Shown here one piece after another: positions 1-9,933 of a stretch of DNA of 64,000 nt (position 1 is the first letter of the stretch; the number at the start of each line of letters is the position of its first letter). Both the position numbers and the translations under genes were made by a program. This stretch comes from Schizochytrium sp. TIO01 (lineage: Eukaryota; Protista; Bigyra: Labyrinthulomycetes): the NCBI GenBank assembly GCA_004764695.1, contig SMSO01000014.1, positions 5,590,845-5,654,844 of the forward strand. Reading direction: 5' to 3'. Below the pieces are notes generated by a model that was not told the DNA's origin, did not search any database, and was given only the letters and a program-made list of their open reading frames with translations.

Positions 1-237
1 CGTCAGTCTCCTCTACTACAAAGCTCATGGATAGGCTACTGCTGCTGTATTTCTTGATTACTAACTATGATTTATTATTATTACTATGTCAGCCAGAATC
101 AATCTTTTTGTACAGTGAGGGTAGAAACGTATCTCGCAGGTCTAGGCTGCACCGGTGTTGTTGAACCTGGACATTGGGTGATAGCGGTGCCTGCAGGATC
201 TCAAAGCCACAGTCAGGCAATTTTCTACAGTAGCAAG

Positions 238-909
238 ATGCAGGTTTTGGCCTGGATGGGCCTCTCCGAGGCAGTGGCAGTGGCGCTTGTGCTGGGCATG
301 TGCCTCTTGGCGGCACCGCTCCCTCGCAGCATCACAGAAACTCTGCTTTCCGTGCGCCCTGGGCTCGTTATGCTGGTTGCCGCGGCCTCCACTTCGTTGG
401 TTCCATTCGCCGAAAGCGTAAAAGGTCTCATTGACTACCAGCCTCGAAGTGGTGCGCAAGGATACGAATCTGATCCACGCTGGCAGAACCTTGTCATTAA
501 TGTATATCGCTCTTCAATGGTGGGTGTGCTGCTGTTGAGTTTTACGATTTTCACGGTGGTCGTAAGCCGTCTCGTAAAGGCACAAGCTGCTGAAGAACGT
601 CTTGGCAAGAATTTGATGGTGTTGGAGAAGCAGGCGAAATCTGCCTCAGAGCATTCCATGAAAATGCTCGATGAGGCCTCGCTTCAGAGCGGTGACGTAG
701 CCAAAGATATCGCAGCCAAGCTTGAGAAGCTCATGACTGAGAACGCTCGCCTTAAACGCGAGGCTGAAGCTGCCACAAAGGAGTGTGAGGTCATTAAGGA
801 ACAGAGTAAGGCATTTAACAGAGAACACGATCGCCTACTTGACCAAATCGCCAAGCTTGAGGCAGCTGCAGAAAAGGGAAAGCCCTCAGAGCCCAAAAAG
901 GATCGATAA
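238..909 (+). CDS. BCAP31: B-cell receptor-associated protein 31-like ER membrane protein
   Basis: Three N-terminal hydrophobic segments, C-terminal coiled coil (KQAKSAS...EHDRLL), terminal KKDR = KKxx ER-retrieval motif. ATG at 238 (MQVLAW) preferred over 67, whose extension is a TAT microsatellite. Confidence 0.8.
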   Translation: MQVLAWMGLSEAVAVALVLGMCLLAAPLPRSITETLLSVRPGLVMLVAAASTSLVPFAESVKGLIDYQPRSGAQGYESDPRWQNLVINVYRSSMVGVLLLSFTIFTVVVSRLVKAQAAEERLGKNLMVLEKQAKSASEHSMKMLDEASLQSGDVAKDIAAKLEKLMTENARLKREAEAATKECEVIKEQSKAFNREHDRLLDQIAKLEAAAEKGKPSEPKKDR

Positions 910-1301
910 ATAGGCTATGAGCTTGGCCAGTGTACCACTCGTAAACATTGATTATGACAATAACTTAAGTAAAGAATTCTAATCATGACTGTTGAGAACC
1001 TGAACTCATTCGTGAACAAACGAGATCAAGAAACATGCGTTAAAAATAAATTCATGATACAGAGTCAGCCTACACGATTTTACTGCCAGGTACAGATTTG
1101 TAAGATAGCCTTTGTACGCTATGCACATCACCTTGCTATAAATTAAATAAATAAAAAATAAAAAATAAAGACTTTTGTATCCTTCTTTATTAGTCTAGTA
1201 TGATACATAAAGAGCAAGTGTGAATGGAAAAGGCATTACTAGAAAATCTTGGTCGTCCTCACACTACTTCCTTCTAATATTCTAAATCCAATGTAGCAAA
1301 G

Positions 1302-3449
1302 CTAAGATGAAACTGTAGCAGCCCCGGTAACCGCATCAATTTTAATATCAAGTTGCTTGTCTAGAAAGGACTCGATACGACCTAAGCCGAGTTTATTTTT
1401 AACCGACATTTTGCGAAGTGCCTCATTAAAAAATCGTGTACCAGGGTTTGAATTAAGCTTGACCGTGAGAGATGGATCTTTGGCGCCAGACTCCCTTGCG
1501 TGCTCTTTGGCAAGCGTCGCCAAGACGTTGCCAAACTGAGCGGTGAGCATCGGACTTTGGAGAGATATGACTTCCATCTCAACCAACTTTTTGTCTTGAG
1601 TAGACCTCACTAGCCGCGGTACACTCACGGGGGGGCTCTGACAAGAAGCATATAGGAAGGGTACAGGCGAAACAAGTTGGGGGCACTCATGAAGTCCCCC
1701 ACGTCGGACAACGCGGTTCAGTAGAACGTTATACAAGCCATGGACGGCGGAGGAGCCCACAAACCCTAATAAGGACCGCGATTCATCATCAAGGCCACCC
1801 ATGCTCGAAGATCGTGCAAGCTGAGTGTTGGTTGTAGCGCTAACACCTCTACTAGCTGTAGCGGATCTTGAATAAGCGCGCAGTTCATCTTGCAAATCCG
1901 GATCGATTGTCGAGACAGTGCGCTCCAATGAACTATCAAGAGGGCATTCAAATGGAACTTGACAGCGTGATAGCTGGCTTCGTAGGCTAGCTGAAGACCG
2001 CGAAAGCATTGCGCAAGGCGGGGAGTCCTTGCTTTCGCAAAGTTGTCCTTTTCCCAGAAAGAGCCCAACATGGCCATTTTCAGTATCAATAAAGTAAAAA
2101 TACGGACAATCTCCTTGCTCAAGCTGAGTCATAAGCGATTTGAAGGCTGCACCCCATGTACAGCGCCTATCAAACAGATAATTGCCTTCTCCAGTATTTG
2201 GCCCGCCAACGAAAGGCCCATTTACTTCATCGCGACGTCCACCTCTAGCGCTACTTGTCATGAAACGGTCCTGTGGTTGTCCAGCTGCTGCTGATGCATC
2301 CTGACCCATATTCGTCGCAGAACGGGACTTTTCCCCAAGCCCAATCTCATTTGGTGCGTCAGATGAACCATCCACTCGTTGTTGGCCATGTAATTTGTAT
2401 TGTGCAGAGTTTGGGCCTTGCATCTTTTGCAATTCTGGTGCACTAGGACCTGGAGCTGGGTGTTCAAAATATGTCAGCCTTGCAAAGATGCCACAATCCT
2501 CATTGGTAGAGCACCGCACAGCATGGCGAATCCCCGAAGCAATAGATGCAGGTGACCACAGGTCTTCCGTCCAATCTAACGCATTAGCTTCTTTAGATTC
2601 TACTGTGAGAGTCTGTACCAACGACCAGTCACGTGCATGCCGGGCTGCAAGCTTATCAACGGGAAGTTCATTCTTTGATTTCGCAGGGAGGGCGAATGTT
2701 TTAGCAGGAAGTTGCTCACGCAGCTTCCGGGCATGAAACGTATCACTTGTGCTTGCATCATTGCAAAAATTACCTAAAAGAGAAGAACTTCGCGCAAAGT
2801 GTGTTCCGATGTCTGCCCTAGCAGCTGTGGATTTTGAAGGATGGCTTGAGTTCATCGCACCAAGAAAATCTGCATACATGTCCACAGAGTCACTGCTAGG
2901 GCCGAAGATATCCTCCACTGGAACCTGTTTGACTCGATTTTCATGGGTCTGTGGATGCGAAGATTGAGCTGCAGAACTTGTCGAGCCTTCGACTTTTTTA
3001 TCAGGACTTGAAACATTTTCTTTTTCAACAGGCTGTTGAGATGCAACAGCGTCTGTGCTAGATGGCGTTACTTTATTCGATTTCTCAGATTTGGTAGCTT
3101 TCTCTGTTGGTGCTGTTGCCTGCAAGAATGAAGGCGAGAGGCGGCTCCTTTTGTTTTCCTGTACATTTTTAGGGACAAAGAGCGTGAATGGAGCAATCCG
3201 CTTAGCAGGTCTCTTGACACCTCTAGATATGTCAGAGATTTCATTAGGCTTTACCTTTGTCGCAGTAGGATTTGCGTCAGTTTCAACTTCTCTTGCAGTG
3301 ATCGCCTGGGTTTTTACTACAGCTTGAGGTTTCTCTATTTCCCCCTTTTGCTCATCCGCTTGTGGCGCAGGAGTCACAGGAGGCAGCGGTGGGGGTCCAG
3401 GCAGAGCAGCATCGTTACTGCTGCTATCTGAGAGAGCTTTTGGATCCAT
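1302..3449 (-). CDS. DONSON: DONSON (downstream neighbour of SON) replisome/CMG assembly factor
   Basis: DONSON-type blocks DWSL, WGAAFKSL...CPYFY, SRSSASLRSQL, V-H-G-L-Y-N-x-L, PQLVSPVPFLYAS after a long disordered N-terminus. Start placed at MDPK (3449); 3527 is also possible. Confidence 0.8.
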   Translation of the reverse strand: MDPKALSDSSSNDAALPGPPPLPPVTPAPQADEQKGEIEKPQAVVKTQAITAREVETDANPTATKVKPNEISDISRGVKRPAKRIAPFTLFVPKNVQENKRSRLSPSFLQATAPTEKATKSEKSNKVTPSSTDAVASQQPVEKENVSSPDKKVEGSTSSAAQSSHPQTHENRVKQVPVEDIFGPSSDSVDMYADFLGAMNSSHPSKSTAARADIGTHFARSSSLLGNFCNDASTSDTFHARKLREQLPAKTFALPAKSKNELPVDKLAARHARDWSLVQTLTVESKEANALDWTEDLWSPASIASGIRHAVRCSTNEDCGIFARLTYFEHPAPGPSAPELQKMQGPNSAQYKLHGQQRVDGSSDAPNEIGLGEKSRSATNMGQDASAAAGQPQDRFMTSSARGGRRDEVNGPFVGGPNTGEGNYLFDRRCTWGAAFKSLMTQLEQGDCPYFYFIDTENGHVGLFLGKGQLCESKDSPPCAMLSRSSASLRSQLSRCQVPFECPLDSSLERTVSTIDPDLQDELRAYSRSATASRGVSATTNTQLARSSSMGGLDDESRSLLGFVGSSAVHGLYNVLLNRVVRRGGLHECPQLVSPVPFLYASCQSPPVSVPRLVRSTQDKKLVEMEVISLQSPMLTAQFGNVLATLAKEHARESGAKDPSLTVKLNSNPGTRFFNEALRKMSVKNKLGLGRIESFLDKQLDIKIDAVTGAATVSS

Positions 3450-3599
3450 TACAGTTGTGATCGCAGATTCTGGACAGCTCAAGGTGGTTGGTGTTTTGCT
3501 TTGCCTGTTATAGCAAAAATATAACATCCTACAACTGGTGTCTTCTTAGTAGTAAATACCTGTTATCTCGATTTTAACTAGCATTGACATTATTAATAG

Positions 3600-3645
3600 T
3601 ATTATTATTATTATTATTAGTAGTAGTAGTAGTAGTAGTAGTAGT
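3600..3645. repeat. (TAT)n(TAG)n compound microsatellite
   Basis: Direct reading; lies just upstream of DONSON. Confidence 0.9.
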
Positions 3646-4286
3646 ATTCGCGTGCTTAGAAAAAACCGTCGCGAGTGACCTAACGACGACTCTTATTCTC
3701 ACTGTGAGCCAGAATATATCTCGTTTTGATTTTTTGATCACCCGAAGCGCTCTTCTGAACGGGCATAGACTAGGGCTATGTCAAGTATGAGCTACAAAGA
3801 GTTGTTTCCGAAAGTATTGTTTCAACATGTTGTATATATTCTATAGGTCTATATAAATTTGTTATTGCTTTAATTATATCTATCTATCTATATATATTTA
3901 TATAAATTAAATTTGAAAAAAATTAAAAAAAATTAAAAAAAAAAGAGTAATTAGAAAGATTTATTAAAAATTTAAAAATTAAATCTTACATGTCAATATA
4001 GATAGATAGAAGATGAATAAATAAATGAATATGTAGATGCAGATACGCATCATGCTTGGAAAGAAACAAAAAATGTCGAGTCTCTACGGAGGGAGAATTT
4101 ATTCATTTAACTTTTGAGGAAGGGCCAAGTCAAAAAACAATGCAGGCTTTGATCAGTGTATGAAATTTCTATTTTATTATATTGATAGTTGCTCCATAAT
4201 TGTCTTTTAAAAAATAAAATTGAGAATAATAAAGCAACCCCAAATTTCATCCCAGCAAAAGTGCAAGTAGTAGTCCATCACCGTCA

Positions 4287-5819
4287 TCAGGATGCTGTAT
4301 ACAGGTTTATGCCTCCGTTGTGTCGGCGCGATTTTCCAGAGATCAGTGGTTGTGTAGCAATGTTTTCGCTTAAGGCATGAACAACGTCATCCTCGAGCAC
4401 ATCCACGCGGAGAGAGCGTTCGCGAACATCCTTTTTGATACCCGCAAGGGCAACCAGCCCATCTTCTAAGAGCCGGCTCAAAAGAGTGTCACGAAAATCG
4501 CTAAAGGGCTGAGAAGGTAGACCCCACTCCCGCGCCATAGAAACATATTCTTTGAAGACATCAGCAACAAGCATTTTACGCTTACCGTCTCGCTGAGTGG
4601 CACGTTGTTGCCGAATGATTGCACACAATGCGTACTGTACCTGCAAAGGCATTTCTCTAATCGTTTTCACATGGCTTGACTCAAAAGCAGTTTTCATTGT
4701 CTTTAGAATCATAGGGGCGCTGACGAGGACAATGTCATCCCCTTCCTTCTTTTGGTCCGAGCCCTGCGCTGGTGAGCGCGACTTTTTGGCAACAGCTGCG
4801 TCGAGAAGCGCACGTTTACAGATATCAAGAGCCTTGCGAAGGTCACCAGATTTTGCTGCCACCTTCCGTGCACAAAGTTCGATGGCAATTGCTTCAAATC
4901 GTGCATTGCCCACAGAGGTTTCTTTGGCAAGACGTTCAGTGTGAGAGCTCAGGATATCTCGCAGCTCATCCTTCGTGTACGAGGGGAAGACCAGCATTTC
5001 AGAGGAGTAGCCCTCACGCAGGAGTTCTGGGAGAAACCTATCGTGCAAATTGACAGCATTTGCAATGCCAATGAGAATAAGTCGCGAACGAGGTAGATTT
5101 GCCCACCGGAAGATTTGATAAAGCACTTCTTGCCGTGCTGTCTGTGGTTTTTGCTGAGTAACCAGTTGATCAATTTCATCAAGCATTATTACGTAGAGGT
5201 TGCCTCTCTTGGCAGTCTTGGGACGGAAAAGGTCTTCTAAATCTGCTCTGGCAGCCTCTGGCGGAGTGCTCAAAGGGCACTCAACTCCAAGGGCCCGGAG
5301 TAGTGCGCCATATATGAGCGCTGGTTTTTCGAGTGTGTTACCATTGAGCTTACCAACATGAATCCGCGACCCCGTGGCAGATGATTTACGACCAAGTTCA
5401 GACTCCAGTACGTAGCGAACGCAAGCCGTTTTCCCCGTACCAGTAGATCCACAGACATAGAGGCTTCCACCCTGTGCTTCGTCAAGTCTCGAGCGTAGAA
5501 AACCGCGCACTTGAGCAATTTGTGTCTCGCGTCCAACGATACCGGCCTCAAGTGGGGATTGCTCATGCATCGTCGTCTGATTTTTAGATGAGCTAATAGC
5601 GGAGTTTGCAGACTGGTATTCTCGGCCTTTCCGAGTTGTTCTGGTACGTTTTACGGGAAGGTCTATGCTTGAGTCTGAGTCTTCGGCTGCTACATCTTCA
5701 TGGTTGCGTCGCCTGCTAGTTCGTGGTGCAGGGGCAGAAATACGGCGACGTTTAGGAACCTGTGATTCCTTCTCTACTTTTGTTGCAGCCCTCGTCCTTG
5801 CTCGTGTCGCTGGCATCAT
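4287..5819 (-). CDS. CDC6: Cell division control protein 6 (AAA+ ATPase, origin licensing)
   Basis: GSLYVCGSTGTGKT Walker A, LDEIDQL Walker B, LIGIAN sensor 1, FPSYTKDEL, AIELCARKVAAKSGDLRKALDIC, C-terminal winged helix. First ATG is 5819; the track start at 5891 is TTG. Confidence 0.93.
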   Translation of the reverse strand: MMPATRARTRAATKVEKESQVPKRRRISAPAPRTSRRRNHEDVAAEDSDSSIDLPVKRTRTTRKGREYQSANSAISSSKNQTTMHEQSPLEAGIVGRETQIAQVRGFLRSRLDEAQGGSLYVCGSTGTGKTACVRYVLESELGRKSSATGSRIHVGKLNGNTLEKPALIYGALLRALGVECPLSTPPEAARADLEDLFRPKTAKRGNLYVIMLDEIDQLVTQQKPQTARQEVLYQIFRWANLPRSRLILIGIANAVNLHDRFLPELLREGYSSEMLVFPSYTKDELRDILSSHTERLAKETSVGNARFEAIAIELCARKVAAKSGDLRKALDICKRALLDAAVAKKSRSPAQGSDQKKEGDDIVLVSAPMILKTMKTAFESSHVKTIREMPLQVQYALCAIIRQQRATQRDGKRKMLVADVFKEYVSMAREWGLPSQPFSDFRDTLLSRLLEDGLVALAGIKKDVRERSLRVDVLEDDVVHALSENIATQPLISGKSRRHNGGINLYTAS

Positions 5820-6361
5820 GGACGAAGTACCTGTAGCTGGAATGTCAAGGTTTAAGTTGATTTCGTGTTTTGGCGCTTCTGGGCTTGCCAAGCGAGTGTC
5901 TGGACTTTTAGTTCTGCCTCACTCAACTGTCACGATACTAGCTGAAATATAAGTGAGTCCTAGTGTACACTATACATATACATATTTTTAATCACTTATT
6001 TTTAAATTCCATGGTAACAATTGTTATTCCCTAACGACCATAGTTGGTAGTTCTCGCAGTCGTGGTTGAGAAGTGTGATTGATTCTATTATGATTGGTTT
6101 TTTCACACATATGCGTTGATCGGGACCGTGCTTCAGGTTGGGTAATGTAAGGAAAAGTTAGCGATTTTCTAATCAAAGCTAGCAAAGTCCGCGGTTTTAG
6201 TAGTGTGAGGTGTGTAGCGTGTTTGGATCTGAAAAGGGTAGAGTGAAATTGGGGCAGAAACCATCAAGAAGCTTTTGCCAATGACGAAACCTCCAGGCCA
6301 GCCAATAAGTAAGAGGTCATTTACAAAGAATCCAGGATAACATTTTATTTAGCGGGGAAAG

Positions 6362-6990
6362 TCAACGTTCCAAGCCTTCTGTAATTAACGCGTCTGCTCT
6401 TTTCTGAGTTTGCATGAATGTGGCCCGTCGTATTTTGTAGGATTTCTTAGAAGGCGCTAGCTTCATCATCGAATTAGGGAGGCCCTCATTCAAGTATAGG
6501 TTTGATGTTTTTCTTGAAATGATCAACTCAAACATGATTCTGGTCACTAGATCTAATCGATGAGTATGTTGGACAACAAAGACGTTTCCTCTGTAGGTGA
6601 GTTCTGCCTCCCCACTTCCATCTCTCTCAACCTCGTTGAGAGAGTCGAGTAAGCGCTTAATAAACTTGCATAAGGTATGGCAGTTCTGACACATTCGAAG
6701 TCAACCTATCTATATGCTCCAGCGCAAATTCCATAACTACAGGCAAGATATCTCTATTGGTGATGAGCCCAGCTTCACTTCTTGTATGATTCATTCGAAA
6801 AAGGAATTTCTGACATCTTGGTCCATTTCCATATCAGTGATGCTTTTGCTAAAGTTTTTTAGAACAGTCTATATTTTGCCAGCGTTTCCTTCTGCAAAGG
6901 TATAAAAGGTGTCCTTCTGCAGATCGAGAATTTCGACTGCTCTTGCCCTCCCACTCTTCTCCTCAACAAGTAAGTTGCCTGGCTTCTACG
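6362..6990 (-). pseudogene. Decayed coding relic, unidentified
   Basis: Protein-like minus-strand translation (KPGNLLVEEKSGRARAVEIL..., RDILPVVMEFALEHIDRL..., 110-codon ORF) broken by stops and frame changes. Confidence 0.3.
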
Positions 6991-7377
6991 ATTTCTCTCC
7001 GTTCTCCGGACTTTAACTTGAGTTTTTCATTGAGTTCTTTCTTTAGATTCTCAATCAATTTGTGAATAACTTTGACTCTATCGCTATATTGACCTTTATG
7101 GTTTTTGGTTTTTGGTTTTTTAAATTAAAACTATATTTATGCAAATCAGAATGCTTTTGACAGCCTCATGGATCTTTGCTCTGTTTCTCTCATGGTTTTC
7201 CTTTTCTTTTCTTTTTTGAAAATTAAAAATTAAAAAAATTAAAGATTGTTTTTTAAATCTTACAAGGTTTGTGTCTTCCATGTAGTTATAGGTTTGCTAT
7301 GCTTCTCTTTTTCAGTTTGAGTTTGTGTTTAATTCTTGAAATAACAAAGAGAGGGATAAAATGAGGTTAGTGAGGAC

Positions 7378-9933
7378 CTAGGCAGCCGAAGACATATACG
7401 AATCTATTGTTTTCACAGTTTTAACTGAACCCATGAATGAGTTTTGGTTTGAACCACTGCGAGAGTGAGATCCATCAGATACTGTCTTTCGCGGGCAGCA
7501 AGAACGAATGGCAGCAATCCACCAATTTCTCTCCGTACTGTCGTACGTGCGTAATGTCACAAGTTGCTTTTGATGAAGCTTGTGCGAAATGAAAATATGA
7601 GCTGTATACGCTGGTTCTACTTTCACAGATGCTAGAGAGACTGTTTCTCGAAGACTCTCCGAATCATAGTCATGCAAGTCTAGTCTCCCCGGACGTACAA
7701 CTGCATACCGTTTGATCCAGTCACCATCTCGCTTCCGGCCCACAGATTTTATCCATACAGATCCTGCCTCAACCTGAACTGTATGAGATGTCCGCATGAA
7801 CTCTTCAACCCAAGCCGTTCGCTCTGCTTCTACAGCCATGGCCAAGTATACATGATGTTTATAGCGAACGTTTGACACGGAAGTTGAAAAGGTCGATACG
7901 CTGGTACCGGATGTTGAACTGCCCGCTTCTGAGGTTAGGTCAGAGACCGAAGAGCCCATCAGCCCTGTATCGTATCCGGAGCCCTCTACAGAACTCAATG
8001 TATGGTGATCATGTTCCACCAAATGAATTTTGAAGTTGGGTCTTACCCGCTTGTGTTGGGTGCCTCCATGTACCTCTGCAGTTTCTGAAGACGATGACGA
8101 TGAGAAATTGCGCTTACGTAACCACGCCAGCATTGAGGAGCGAGCATCACTCTCTGCCTCATTTTGAGCACTTGGTCTGCGCAAAACACGGAGCTCACTT
8201 TGATCTAGGGAAATGATACGCAGAGGCCGGAAGCTTAGTTTCTTGCTCGAGCCAGCGAGCAGTGTCTTGCTGCTTGCTAAAGGATCTGCACTCTTAGTTT
8301 CCTGTTCATGTTGAGCCCAATATCCAGAATATTTGATTGCATCTGATTCTGTACGAAAAATGAACAATTGTCTGTGTGTATAGACACAAAATCTTGCGGA
8401 CCATTTGTCTGACCGACGAGCATTGGCCATTTTAACGAGCAAAGTTCCCTTTCTGGCAGTCGCCCATTCCGCTGCATATGCACTCGACTTCGTTGAGATA
8501 GATTTGGAGGACTTTTTACTGCTGCTTCCACTGCTCCGACGACTCGATTGAGTGCTTTCTCCAGTCCAAGTTTTATTTTCGCCTTCTTGAAGATCAGTAC
8601 TGATACCCTCTTTTCCTGATTCACCCTTCCGAAGATCTACCCGGCTCGGGTCTTGCTGTAAAATTTCTCGCAAATTCAAGTCATCTCTTTCAGGCTCATC
8701 TTCTTTGGTCTCCTTGAAATGGAATCCAGATTCTGCCTGTCTTTTATCACACGAATTACCGAAGGAGTCATGACTACATTCGGGGGCAGAACATACCATT
8801 TCTGACGAAATGAAATCTACTGCCGGTACGAGCTTAGGGCGCGTTGGCAGGGGAGGTGCTGGACCTCGGCGATCTGCATTGCCTGGACCACCAATCTGCG
8901 TAAGCTTCGGCAGGTCAGCCATCAAAGAAGAGCCCGTTACTGTTTCTTCGAGACGCTCCTCATCTTCCTCAATGCTCTCAGTGATCTCTCTAGACTCATC
9001 AAGTAGTAAGGATTGCTGCGCAAGCGCCTGTTCTACATCTTCAAGCATCTCATCGCGGGAAATTTCTCCAAGGTCGAGCTCGAGGGTATCAGTGGAGAAC
9101 TTTGATACGAAAGAAAGGTCTTGACGCTCTTGCCTTTCCAGCTCAAAGCTATCCATCTCGGGTAAAAATTGTGACACAAGCTGACGAGAAAATGTTTGGT
9201 TAAACGGATGGCTAGCTTGTCGCTGATGCTGCTGCATTGAAGATATGCTACTGCCAAATGAGATGGAGGGCCCAATGCTTACAGGGGTCATGGAAGATGC
9301 TAGTGACAAGCGTGACCCTTCATCTAGTTGACCCTGCACTTGCTGACGCAGAATATCCAGCTGCTGCTCCATACGCTCCATAAGTCGCCTCGTCTCCTGT
9401 TGCGAATTCTGAATATACTCTTGGATTTTCTGTTCATTGCCCTCTTTAAGCGCCACAAGCTCTTTCTCGTGAAGTTGTTTGAGCTCTTCTAATGCGTTAT
9501 TTTGGTTAAACTGCTGGACAGCTTCACGAAGCTTCGTGATGTCGTCATCATTACCTTCAATTTCTTTGCGTGCAACAACATCATGCTTCACATGTTCGTA
9601 CTTAAATTGAAGTCTCTTAAGTTCATAACGAAGCTTGTTATTTTCCTCTTCAAGTGCACGAATTGTCTTGGCAAACTCGCTGCCTTTCCCGCTTTCGACG
9701 TTGGGGTCTTTCGCTTCGCCTACGAGCATTGCCTTTTCCGCTCGCACACCAGCTACCTCTTGCTCAAGTTCTCGAATTTTTGAGTGAGCATGCTCAAGCT
9801 GTTCGGCCTGTTTAGTCTCCTTCTTCACTAGTGCCTGCCCAAGCTGTGCGGCTAGCTCAAGTTCTTCATCCTTAAGCTTGAGCTCCACCTCCAGCTCTCG
9901 TAGACGCAGCTCAAGCGCCTCCATGGAAATCAT
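7378..9933 (-). CDS. Coiled-coil protein with HAP1/BICD-like N-terminus and two C-terminal PH domains (candidate dynein adaptor)
   Basis: 851-aa ORF with DEELELAAQLGQAL, LEEENNKLR and GSSLMADL. PH1 runs KGTLLVK...WSARFCV...ERTAWVEEF with insertions; PH2 runs AGSVWIK...WIKRYAVV...ERNWWIAAI. Also a PxxP motif RRGPAPPLP. Confidence 0.75.
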   Translation of the reverse strand: MISMEALELRLRELEVELKLKDEELELAAQLGQALVKKETKQAEQLEHAHSKIRELEQEVAGVRAEKAMLVGEAKDPNVESGKGSEFAKTIRALEEENNKLRYELKRLQFKYEHVKHDVVARKEIEGNDDDITKLREAVQQFNQNNALEELKQLHEKELVALKEGNEQKIQEYIQNSQQETRRLMERMEQQLDILRQQVQGQLDEGSRLSLASSMTPVSIGPSISFGSSISSMQQHQRQASHPFNQTFSRQLVSQFLPEMDSFELERQERQDLSFVSKFSTDTLELDLGEISRDEMLEDVEQALAQQSLLLDESREITESIEEDEERLEETVTGSSLMADLPKLTQIGGPGNADRRGPAPPLPTRPKLVPAVDFISSEMVCSAPECSHDSFGNSCDKRQAESGFHFKETKEDEPERDDLNLREILQQDPSRVDLRKGESGKEGISTDLQEGENKTWTGESTQSSRRSSGSSSKKSSKSISTKSSAYAAEWATARKGTLLVKMANARRSDKWSARFCVYTHRQLFIFRTESDAIKYSGYWAQHEQETKSADPLASSKTLLAGSSKKLSFRPLRIISLDQSELRVLRRPSAQNEAESDARSSMLAWLRKRNFSSSSSSETAEVHGGTQHKRVRPNFKIHLVEHDHHTLSSVEGSGYDTGLMGSSVSDLTSEAGSSTSGTSVSTFSTSVSNVRYKHHVYLAMAVEAERTAWVEEFMRTSHTVQVEAGSVWIKSVGRKRDGDWIKRYAVVRPGRLDLHDYDSESLRETVSLASVKVEPAYTAHIFISHKLHQKQLVTLRTYDSTERNWWIAAIRSCCPRKTVSDGSHSRSGSNQNSFMGSVKTVKTIDSYMSSAA

